Position numbers and translations under genes: made by a program. From Mobula hypostoma (Eukaryota), in contig NC_086097.1 of the NCBI RefSeq assembly GCF_963921235.1, positions 9,858,001 to 9,922,000 of the forward strand: 64,000 nt of DNA, given 5' to 3'. How positions within the stretch are numbered: the stretch's first letter is position 1; the number at the start of each line of letters is the position of its first letter. A model generated the notes under the pieces. The model did not search any database. It was not told the DNA's origin and saw only the letters and a list, made by a program, of their open reading frames with translations. Positions 51,039 to 62,139 of this stretch are shown in pieces.

Positions 51039-51702
51039 TTATGTAATGCTGAGACTTTATAAAATATTACTCAGATTGCACTTGGAGTATCGTGAGTGGT
51101 TTTTGTCCCCATACCTAAGAAAGAATGTGCTGGCATTGGGGAAGGTCCAGAGAAGATATATGAGAAATAATCTTGAGAATGAAAGGGTTAACATATGAGA
51201 TGTGTTTGTTAGCTCTGGGCCCATACTTTTTGGAGTTAAGATGAATGAGGAGGGAATCTCATTGAAACCTATCAAATACAAAAGGAATACACAGAAAAGT
51301 TGCTGGTGAAAGCAGCAGAATTCCTCATGTTTATGTTTTTAAATACAAAAGGCCTATAGCACAGATTTAGAATGGATGTTTCCTGTAGTGGGAGAGTCTA
51401 GAACCATAAAGCACAGCCTCAGAATAAAGGGACAATTCTTTAGAACAGAGATGAAGAAGAAGACAAATTTCTTTGGTCAGAGGGAGATGAATATGTGCAA
51501 TTCATCACCACAGACTGCTGTGGAGGCTAAATCATTGGGTATATTTAAAACAGAGGTTGATAGTTTCCTGATTTGTTAAGCTTCAAAGGTTATGGAGAAG
51601 GCAGGAGAATGGATTTGAGAGGGATGATAAATTAGTCATGTTTGAATGGTGGAGCAGCCTCAATGGGCCGAATGACCTAATCCTGCTCGATGTCTTGTGG
51701 TC
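51039..51702 (+). mobile_element. Old CR1 3' fragment (left part at ~46690-46755)
   Basis: VMLRLYKILLRLHLEYREWFLSPYLRK continues the gcattcatttc..tagaatacaaa sequence at 46.7 kb. Confidence 0.75.
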
Positions 51703-52213
51703 TAAAAACCAGACTTCTACTGTCCATACAATAAATCTAATATGTAGAATTTCCTGACACCCAACAACAGTTTTGCTGTATAGAATACAATATAATAGAA
51801 TTTTATTGTCATTGTTCAAGACTACAAGATTGTGGTAGTACCCCAGTCCATGGAAAACATTTTTAGATTATATGGTACGGCTTAATTAAAAATAATTCCA
51901 TATTTACATGCAACAAGTGACTTCAATAGTCCATAACACTCAAAAGGCCGCTGGCAAGTAGGGGTATGGCAGTATTCAGCTCCACAACAGACCTCGGGAA
52001 GAAGCAGTTTTTCAGTCTTACTGTCTGGCTAAAATGTTTCTGTATCTCCTACCACCAGATGGCAGGAGATTTGACAGTCAGAGTCCGCAATGGGATGAGT
52101 CTTTAGTGATGCTACAAATGTGCCTTAGGCATCGAGATTTGTAGATTGTCTCGGGTCTGGTAGTTGAGTCCCGATGATGTGCTGAGCCCCTGATCACCAA
52201 AATATCTTTAGAT

Positions 52214-52293
52214 CAGGAGTTCCCAACCTGAGTCTCACAGACCCTTTGCTTAATGGCATTGGTCCTTGACATAAGGATGGTTGGAACCCCCTG
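52214..52293. mobile_element. 80-bp hAT (Charlie-type) MITE
   Basis: CAGGAGTTCCCAACC...GGTTGGAACCCCCTG TIRs; 8-bp flanks ctttagat/ttttagag (6/8 match). Confidence 0.75.
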
Positions 52294-53250
52294 TTTTAGA
52301 GGATGAGGCCTCTTCCAGCAGGCCATCGATTATATCCATTCCTTATTCTGCCCTTGAACTGACTTATCTATAAGGATGCTCCAACAAGCAATGGAACATC
52401 AGCTGCACTGCTGTAGGACTAATATGGAATCACATAGAAGCCTGATAAAATACGTGAGAACTTAAGAAAACAAAGGCAATAATCATTAGCCATATAATGA
52501 GCTAATAGCCTCTTAGTGTTATTGTCTATCAAAATCACTTGTTGCATGTAAATATGGATTTTTAAAAATTAAGTTGCTGATCATTTAATTCAATGCCACT
52601 TGTAATTATCCTGTAAAAATAGTTTTACATGCACAGATTTTCTTGCTTGAATGACATTCAAGTTCAAGTTGACAGTCATTTGATTGTATACAACCAAATG
52701 AGACAATGTTCCTCCAGACCACGGTGCACCCACACAGTATCTAAGACACACAGAACAGAGATCAAAATATTGCCATAAGTTAGTAAATAAAATATAATTC
52801 AAATGCATGTCGTGTGCAGCACAGGTAAATAGTAGATAGTAACCAGTACAGTAAGCAGCAAACAACTTACTGTCCTAGTGACGAGATCTCGGTGGTTGCA
52901 AGTTATTCAGGAGTAGAATCAGAATCAGAATCAAGTTTAATGTCACTGGCATATGTCATGAAATTTGTTGTTTTGCAGCAGCTGTATATTGCAATACATA
53001 ATAATATAAACTATAAATTATAATAAAAAGACAGTACGGTGCAAATGCCTTCGACACATATGTATTAGCTAGGCTGTCCATATCTTTTGCACATATCTAC
53101 TAAATGTTTACCAATATTCACAAAAGCCTAAGATTCACAGATATTGCTGTTTCACAAGTAAAGGGAGGATGGACATGGATGTCTTTCCACCGTGTGCTTT
53201 AAATCAAATCAAAAATAACCCGCACAGAAAATGATACAAAATTATTAAAG

Positions 53251-53311
53251 TACTGCACAAAAGTCATAGGCACATATTTATAGTTAGGGTGTCTAAGACT
53301 TTTGCACAGTA
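53251..53311. mobile_element. Tiny Tc1-like palindromic MITE (other copies ~53034-53092 and ~54546-54619)
   Basis: TACTGCACAAAAGTCATAGGCAC...GTGTCTAAGACTTTTGCACAGTA inverted repeats with TA ends. Confidence 0.7.
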
Positions 53312-53405
53312 TTTTAGTAATTGTATGCACTCCTCTGCACTGCTGCCTCATAAAAAACATAAATTTCATGACATCTGTGAGTGATAAAGCTGATTCTCTA
53401 CTGAG

Positions 53406-54235
53406 TGCTACGTACCCCGTAACTGGGTTGCCAAACCAGCAGAAATGGACCACTAGTTGGAGTCTGGATTACTGGAAGCTAATAAAGTTTTATTAAAGAA
53501 ATAAGTAACACAGTACTCTAATCGTACGGATGTAAATGCAACACGTTAGCGATGATAAAACACACATGTACAAAGAACGAGGGTAATAGGAATTAATCAA
53601 GCTCTGTCGCAGTCTAGGGGTAAAATGATCAGTCTCAAGTGGCGCAGAGTTCAGTTCAGCTGAGTACAGTTCGCAGTAATCGCTGTTGTGCCGTTGGAGA
53701 GAGAGAGAGAGAGAGAGAGAATGCAAATTTGATTCAGCAGACCTTTGATGTTCACAGGTGGTTTCGGGCGGACCCTTTTATGTCTTCTGTGGTCACTGAC
53801 TGTGATCCCTCCATTCCAGATACGACCGTTCTTCCATGGTGAACCCGGCACCCAGGCAAGGGCGGACACACACCAGGTTCCCACCGATCGTATCTTTTCA
53901 CCCTGTGCGCCTATGGTCGGTTTCCGCGATCAGACCTCCAAACTCCTACCAACTTGTGGGGGCACACCGCTCTTCCAGGGTCTCATTATCTCGTGATCTC
54001 GTGGTGTGTGTCGTGCCTTAGCGAACCTGTTCTTTTTATCCCCCTACTGGGGTATCGCCTGTCCATCAAACTTCAAAGAGTTCAGGTTCAAAGCAATCGG
54101 TCTGTCAATACTCTGAATTATGTCTCTTTTTGTTATCCCTCTCCTCTCTCATTAACATTTTGAACGTTCCTCCATTGTCTCCCTTATCTCTTTCTCATTA
54201 GTATCAATCTTCTGATAACTTGGTTTGTCGTCACA
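53406..54235 (-). mobile_element. Solo LTR (family A variant)
   Basis: TGCTACG...GTCACA; perfect TGAG TSD at 53402-53405 and 54236-54239. Confidence 0.85.
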
Positions 54236-54619
54236 TGAGTCTCTATTTTGGACTGAGATTGGGAAGAGGCAGAAAGAGGGGAATCATGGCTGAGGAAAGG
54301 GAAAGGGAGAGTGCAGGGAGTGAGAAGCACCAGAGAGACATTCTGTAATAAACCAATTGTTTGAAATCAAGTGACCTTGCCTGGTGTCTCAGGGCTGGGT
54401 GTGTCTACGCACACAGCACTCCTCCACCCCTGGCACTACTTCTCTGCCACCTGTCCCATACTGTGGCACTCTAACCTCACCATTCCCTACACCCTTTTCT
54501 CACCAGACTTACAAACTTGTTCTCTGCTCCACGTTGACAATGGAGTGCTGTGCAAAAGTCTTAGGCACCCTCGTATACATAGGCACCCATATATATGTGC
54601 CAAAGACTTTTGTATAGTA

Positions 54620-55077
54620 CGAGGGGTGATTGATAGGTTCATGGCCTAAGGTAGAAGGAGTCAATTTTAGAAAACCTAGCACATTTATTTTACAACATAG
54701 TCCCCTCCTACATGTACACATTTAGTCCAGCGGTCCTGGAGCATACAGATCCCTTCTTTGTAGAAGTGGTCCACAGCAGGGGTGATTGATAAGTTTGTGG
54801 CATAAAGTAGAAGGAGACGAGTTATTAACTTCAAACTTTCTGCGTTATCACTCAAAAAGTTGAACTGCACGTGCATGTAACAAAAGCGGCTTGGACCTCC
54901 AGGTGGTCCACAGCAGGAGTGATTGATAAGTTTGTGGCCTAAAGAAGAAGGAGATGAGTTATACAGCTCTCGTTACATGCACATGCAGATCAGCTCTTTG
55001 AGTGATTATGCAGAAAGTTTGAAGTTAATAACTCATCTCCTTCTACCTTAGGCCACGAACTTATCAATCACCCCTCG
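54620..55077. mobile_element. Mariner-derived MITE with four TIR copies
   Basis: TA|CGAGGGGTGATTGATA...TATCAATCACCCCTCG|TA; peptide DHFYKEGICMLQDRWTKCVHVGGDYV. Confidence 0.9.
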
Positions 55078-56039
55078 TATGTATATATAAAAAATTGAAT
55101 TAAAACAAGTAGTGCAAAAAGAAAGGGAGGTGTTCATGGATTAATTGTCCATTTAGAAGTTTGATGGCAGAGGGGAAGAAGCTGTGCCTGAAATTTTGAG
55201 TGTGTCTTCAGGCTCCTGTACCTACTCTTTGATGGTTGAGTAGGTGTCTCCAGTCGAAAGCATGAACTCATTCCAAAGATACTACCAGATCCGCTGAATG
55301 TTTCCAGCATTTTCTCCAATACATTCCTTCAGTTTTTATCTCCAATTCCATTTGTCAGTTTGACATCGCACAATCAATCTGTCTCATTTCATTGCATCAA
55401 ACATTTGACAAGGAAAAATGCTCTCCTCGGTTTTCTTCATTTTGCAAGTGCCACAGCCTCAGCTGTGATAGCACTAGGTCTGGTACAAATGGATTTCCGA
55501 ATGTAATCTGAGCTCCCAGCCAAGACTGATGCAAGTCAGCAGGAGCCTTAAAAATAACACCTCTCCTGGGTGCATATAATTGAGCAGGCGGATGCAAAAT
55601 TTAAATAGAATGAAATGGTCCCTTGTTAATTCAACAGCCTTTGTTACACAGGAATATAAAAATGGCAATTCAGATAAAGATCAAGGACATTTGAGTTTGC
55701 CTTCTACCCTGCTGGAGGGCACACATCAGAATAATGGGGTTGTTGACTAAATATAACAATATCTACAATTAGTATACAATAGACCTGGAAGTAACCTAAA
55801 GAGAACACCATTGGACCAGAGGGTCATATTTATAATTACAGACACAGTGTAGCTTACTAAATGTTAAAATTGTCTCAGACTGCTTTTCATCTTGTTGGTA
55901 TCTGAAAGACATTGGACTATTTGACCCTGATCAACAACACACATATAGGAAGCTATACCTGTGCTTCACACACTGAGAAATTCTATCACGGTCATTCATG
56001 TTGTGATTTAAAACTCCTCATCATGTGAATTTGAAGTTT

Positions 56040-56510
56040 GACCACAAAATTATAAGATATAGGAACGGAATTCAGTTATTCAGCCCATCGAGTCTTCTTC
56101 ACCATTCAATCATGGCTGATTTATTATCCCTCTCAACTCATTTCTCCTGCCTTCTCCTGCCTTCTCCCTGTAACCTTTCATGCCCTGACTAATCAAGAAC
56201 CAATCAAGGTCAACTTTAAATATACCTAATGAGATTGTATTCATGGTCATTTGTGAGAATGACTTCCACAGATACACCACCTTCTGGCCAAATAAATTAC
56301 TCTTCATCTCTGTTCTAAAGGGACGTCCTTCTATTCAAATACTCTCGGCCTGTATTAACTCTTTCACTTCCAGAGTGATTCTCATAAAACTCCTCTCGGT
56401 CCTCTCCAATGCCAGCACATCCTTTCTTAGATAAGAGGACAGCAACTGCCCACAATACTCCAGGTGTGGTCTGACCAATGCCTTAATTAAACCTCGATAT
56501 TACCTCCTCG
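56040..56510 (-). mobile_element. CR1 3' fragment (old)
   Basis: Antisense CR1 tail and LFGQKVVYLWKSFSQ...LGIFKVDLD. Confidence 0.75.
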
Positions 56511-57431
56511 CAGCGCTCAATCAGTTATATTTAGTTACAGTGCGGTGATATGCAAAAGGATTTACAATAATTATATTTATGATCTTTCAGACATTGTATG
56601 TGTAAGAAGATCACAGCCGTTTGAAACAGACGTAGCAAGAATGTTATTCATTTATTTAGTTACAGCAAATTATTTAATTTAACTATTTAATATATAAATA
56701 TCCACTGTAATTCATGTTTTTTCTCTGTTATTATGCTTTTCATTGTACTGTTGTAATAAAAACAACAAATTTCATGACATATTCCGGTGATATTAAACAT
56801 TCTAGCCCAAGAAGCCCATATTGCCCAATTACACTCACGTGACCAATTAAGCTTCAGACCCATATGTCTTTGGAATGGGAAGAAGCAAGAGCATAACAAT
56901 GTGGGAAGAAACCAAGAAACCCACACAGCTATGGGAAGAATATTCTAATGTTTTACAAACTTTTATGAATATTTCCAAAGATGTTCTCGCCTCTTAATTT
57001 CAAACTATGGTCTGTTATAGATACTATTCTATAGATTTGCTGACTATGTCTTCAGAAAAATGAAACTTAGGGTTGTATGTGGTAACATATATGAACTTTG
57101 ATAATAAAATTGACTTTGAACTTTGTTAGGCTGTGTGCAAAAGAAGTTGAATTGGTCACGTGAGTTTGTTCAGCCAGAAGGGCCTGTACCTCTAAATAAA
57201 ATTCTTGCTATCAGGTTCCTGCCTCCCACTTCCAAATTATGATCTGCTATGGTGTATGCAATGGAAGTTCAATATTCCATTAAAGCAGGGGTTCTTAATC
57301 TGGACTCTACGGACCCCATGGGTGTCCATGGATAGATTCCAGGGAGCCTGTGAACATGGATGGGGAAAAATTGCATCTTTATTTTCACTAACCTCTAACT
57401 GAAATTCAGCATTTCCTTCAATTCTGAATGT

Positions 57432-58604
57432 TCAAGAACAGTTACTACCTCTCAACCATCAGGCCCTTGAACAAAAGGGGATAACTACGGTTACGTACCC
57501 CATAACTGGGTTGCCAAACCAGCAGAAATGGATCACTCAGTTGGAGTCTGGATTACTAGAACTAAGAAAGTTTTATTAAAGAAACAAGCAACACAGTACT
57601 CTAATCAAAAGGATAATAAATGCAACAGTTCAGCAATTGATAAACACACATGTACACAGAATTAGGATAACAGGATCAATCAAGCTCTACCGTCGTCTAG
57701 GGGTAAATGACCAGTTTCAAAGTGACGCAAAGTGCAGTTCAACTGAGTTCAGTTCAGTTTACAGTAATCACTGCCGTGGCGATGGACAGTGGGGGGAAGG
57801 AGAGAGAGAGCAAAAAACGAATGAATATTCAAACGGCTTCCACACAAACCTTCGATATTCTTCACAGTCAGCTTTCAGGCGAGCTCTTTGTGATGTCTTC
57901 TGAGGTCACCGACCGTGACCCCTCCGTTTCCAGATATGATCGTTTCTCTGCGGTGAACCTGGCACCCAGGCAAGGGCGGACACACACCAGGTTCCCGCCG
58001 ATCGTACCTTTCCACCCTGTGCGTCTATGGCTTGGTCCCACGACCAGCCCTCCAAAGCTCCCACCGACTTGTGGGAGGCGCACCACTTCCAGGGTCTCGT
58101 TACCTCGTGGTGTCGTGTGTGTCTGCCTTAGTGAACCTGTCCCTTTTCATCCCCCTGCTGGGGTATCGCCTGTCCATCACTTCAAACAGTTCAAGGTTCA
58201 AAGGGGGAGCCGATCTTGACAGCTGTCCTTCTGTTAAACTCTCTCATCCCTTCATTAACATCTCTAAATGCTGCTCCATTGTTTTCCTTATCTCTCTCTC
58301 TCCTGAAGACAGGTGGCAGACCAACTGCTGATCCCACTGGTGCCAGCACAGGACAGTTAACATCTTAGTCTATGTCTATTCTCGTCAAACTACACTTATT
58401 TAAATACTCTTTGGTCTTGTTATTTCATGCTCACTATTATTCGTAGCTGTTTATTATCTGCATTTGCACAGTTTGTTTACAGTTTACAGATTCTGTTTAC
58501 AGTAACTGTTCTATGGATTTTCTAAGTATGCCTGTAGAAAAAGAATCTCAGGGTTGTACGTGGTGACATATATGTACTCTGAAAATAAATTTTACTTTGA
58601 ACTT
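57432..58604 (+). mobile_element. Rex1-type LINE 3' fragment inserted in the hAT element
   Basis: FKNSYYLSTIR-type end plus 3' UTR and (ctttgaa)n tail; TGAATGT TSD at 57425-57431 and 58605-58611. Confidence 0.8.
57489..58389 (-). mobile_element. Solo LTR (family A)
   Basis: Closely matches 20686-21583; CTAC TSD at 57485-57488 and 58390-58393. Confidence 0.85.
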
Positions 58605-58777
58605 TGAATGTAAGCAACAAACCATAGTAGTAGTAATGGTGACTTTGTCACCAATATAAATCACAGACATTTAAACTACAGTTTAAAGTTCTTATTCAAG
58701 CTAAGCAAAAACAGCCTTCACACTGATATATCTTTAAAAAGAACATTTAATTTAACTTGTCCATATTTTACATGTAT

Positions 58778-59195
58778 AAACACGAGAAAATCTGCAGATG
58801 CTGGAAATCCAGAACAACACAGACAAAATGTTGGGGGATCTCAGCTGGTTAGGCAGCTTCTGAGGAACTGAATGAACGGCTGATGTTTCGAGCCGACACC
58901 CCTCTTCAGAACAGAGAAGGAAAGGGAAAAATGCCAGAATAAAAAGGTGGGGGAGAGGTCGGGGAAGCAGAATAGCAAGAAGGTGATAGGTGAAGCCCAG
59001 TGGGTAAAGGATTGGCGAGGAAAGAATCTGATAGAAGAGAAGAGTGGACCCTCGGAGAAAGTGGAGGAGGAGGGGCCCCGGGGGGAGAGATAGCCATGTG
59101 AGAAGAGGTGAAGGGCCAGAGTGGGGAATAGAGGAAGAGGGAAAGGGGAGGGAAAAAATAGCCAGAAGGAGAAATAGATATTCATACCATTATGT
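58778..59195 (-). mobile_element. Penelope-like 3' UTR/terminal fragment with a near-intact hammerhead (58877-58914)
   Basis: Minus strand ctgttCTGAAGAggggtgtcggctcGAAAcatcagccg; homologous to 14220-14613. Confidence 0.75.
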
Positions 59196-60045
59196 AATGG
59201 AGACTACAACCTAATATGTAATGGATAGTCATGCTATTTAATGCACTAATAAAGAAGCACATATATTACTATATCAGAAATTTTACTTCTAAAATATTTT
59301 GATAACTGTATTTCAAAGTAATTGGTTTCTTTTATGTATTTTATTTTATAGGCTTCACTGTACTGCCAAAGGTGCCCATGGCAGTAAAAGGGTCAAGAAA
59401 CTCCGCTTTGAAGACTCGGCATTGAAAAGGCATCACACTCATTTTAGGGAAGTATTTTTACATATACATTATTTTATTCTAAGAAAATAGGAATTGAGAA
59501 AAAGTGTGCCTCGAAATCCAACACAAATTTCAATTTGCATTGCCATTTTGTGAAAGAAAAGATAGAACGCTGAGGAGATTTACCTGGCAGAAGTTAATTT
59601 ATTTTAGGAAATGAGCTTTTCTGCCAATCAAACTGTGCGCACATTGTTAGGTCAAGCCTGAAAAAAGTTTAAAAGTGATGTATTTCTGAAGACACACTAA
59701 GGCTGCTATACATAATGCAATGCCGCCCGATTCAATACTCAATTACTCCTCTTCCACCATGCTAGTTTAAAACATGTTAGAATCCAATGAAAGGTGGACA
59801 GAATTTATTTCAATTTCTTGACACCTTTCCATTGGTCAAAGGGTCAGCTTTGAAAACTTCTTCATTTCCTAGAACTTATTCTGAATGGGCAATAAGGATA
59901 AAAATAATTTTCAATACGTCTTAAAATGCTATAAAGGCTAGAAAAGAAATGCTTGAATTTATAGCCGACCCTATGGAAACAAAAGTCTAAATGGGATCAA
60001 CACATTATCTAGTTTGTCTTCAGCGCAATGTTTCCTCTCAAGATT

Positions 60046-62007
60046 GAGGACTGGGAGAAATTCAAAGTTCAGCAGAGGACGGCAAAGGGCTTAATTAGGA
60101 AGGGGATAAAAGATTATGAGAGAAAACTGGCGGGGAACATAAAAACTGACTGTAAAAGCTTTTATAGATATGTAAAAAGGAAAAGACTGGTAAAGACAAA
60201 AGTAGGTCCCCTGCAGACAGAAACAGGTGAATTGATTATGGGGAGCAAGGACATGGCAGACCAATTGAGTAATTACATTGGTTCTGTCTTCACTAAGGAG
60301 TACATAAATAATCTTCCAGAAATAGTAGGGGACAGAGGGTCCAGTGAGATGGAGGAACTGAGCGAAATACATGTGAGTAGGGAAGTGGTGTTAGATAAAT
60401 TGAAGGGATTGAAGGCAGATAAATCCCCAGGGCCAGATGGTCTGCATCCTAGAGTGCTTAAGGAAGTAGCCCAAGAAATAATGGATGCATTAGTGATAAT
60501 TTTTCAAAACTCGTTAGATTCTGGACTAGTTCCTGAGGATTGGAGGGTGGCTAATGTAACCCCACTTTTTAAAAAAGGAGGGAGAGAGAAACCGGGGAAT
60601 TATAGACCGGTTAGCCTAATGTCGGTGGTGGGGAAACTGCTGGAGTCAGTTATCAAAGATGTGATAACAGCACATTTGGAAAGCGGTGAAATCATCGGAC
60701 AAAGTCAGCATGGATTTGTGAAAGGAAAATCATGTCTGACGAATCTCATAGAATTTTTTGAGGATGTAACTAGTAGAGTGGATAGGGGAGAACCAGTGGA
60801 TGTGGTATATTTGGATTTTCAAAAGGCTTTTGACAAGGTCCCACACAGGAGATTAGTGTGCAAACTTAAAGCACACAGTGTTGGGGGTAAGGTATTGATG
60901 TGGATAGAGAATTGGTTAGCAGACAGGAAGCAAAGAGTGGGAATAAACGGGACCTTTTCAGAATGGCAGGCAGTGACTAGTGGGGTACCGCAAGGCTCAG
61001 TGCTGGGACCTCAGTTGTTTACAATATATATTAATGACTTGGATGAGGGAATTAAATGCAGCATCTCCAAGTTTGCGGATGACACGAAGCTGGGTTGCAG
61101 TGATAGCTGTGAGGAGGATGCTAAGAGAATGCAGAGTGACTTGGATAGGTTGGGTGAGTGGGAAAATTTATGGCAGATGCAATTTAATGTGGATAAATGT
61201 GAAGTTATCCACTTTGGTGGCAAAAATAGGAAAACAGATTATTATCTGAATGGTGGCCGATTAGGAAAAGGGGAGGTGCAACGAGACCTGGGTGTCATTA
61301 TACACCAGTCATTGAAAGTGGGCATGCAGGTATAGCAGGCGGTGAAAAAGGCGAATGGTATGCTGGCATTTATAGCAAGAGGATTCAAGTACAGGAGCAG
61401 GGAGGTACTACTGCAGTTGTACAAGGCCTTGGTGAGACCACACCTGGAGTATTGTGTGCAGTTTTGGTCCCCTAATCTGAGGAAAGACATCCTTGCCATA
61501 GAGGGAGTACCAAGAAGGTTCACCAGATTGATTCCTGGGATGGCAGGACTTTCATATGAAGAAAGACTGGATGAACTGGGCTTGTACTCGTTGAAATTTA
61601 GAAGATTGAGGGGGGATCTGATTGAAACGTATAAAATCCTAAAGGGATTGGACAGGCTAGATGCAGGAAGATTGTTCCCGATGTTGGGGAAGTCCAGAAC
61701 GAGGGGTCACAGTTTGAGGATAAAGGGGAAGCCTCTTAGGACCGAGATTAGGGAAAACTTCTTCACACAGAGAGTGGTGAATCTGTGGAATTCTCTGCCA
61801 CAGGAAACAGTTGAGGCCAGTTCATTGGCTATATTTAAGAGGGAGTTAGATATGGCCCTTGTGGCTACAGGGGTCAGGGGGTATGGAGGGAAGGCTGGGG
61901 CAGGGTTCTGAGTTGGATGATCAGCCATGATCATAATAAATGGAGGTGCAGGCTCGAAGGGCCGAATGGCCTACTCCTGCACCTATTTTCTATGTTTCTA
62001 TGTTTCT
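60046..62007 (+). mobile_element. Young 5'-truncated CR1; RT region broken only by one in-frame stop
   Basis: ORFs 60028..61335 and 61342..61911 are in the same frame, separated by TAG; AAGATT TSD at 60040-60045 and 62008-62013; (tttctatg)n tail. Confidence 0.95.
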
Positions 62008-62139
62008 AAGATTCAGTAAAACTTAAGGATTTGTAGACCACCCAAGGTATAATTCATCACAAGTTATATAATGTAGAAGTTTATTATTTCTACTGCCAAA
62101 TTGAGTTTGGGAGAGGGGACAGGGACATTATAGATCACT

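Larger units (their letters stand above)
57286..59405. mobile_element. hAT DNA transposon (Charlie4a-like, non-autonomous) in three pieces: 57286-57431, ~58605-58680, ~59230-59405
   Basis: TIRs CAGGGGTTCTTAATC and GGTCAAGAAACTCCG; 8-bp flanks cattaaag/ctttgaag; the internal sequence follows mammalian Charlie4a as I recall it. Confidence 0.75.

Noticed and set aside
57707..58219. 170-aa ORF (with similar ORFs at 20979 and 53836) as an LTR-encoded protein
   Set aside because: It lies antisense to the inferred LTR orientation, differs among copies by indels and has no known domain; likely a chance ORF in GC-richer DNA.
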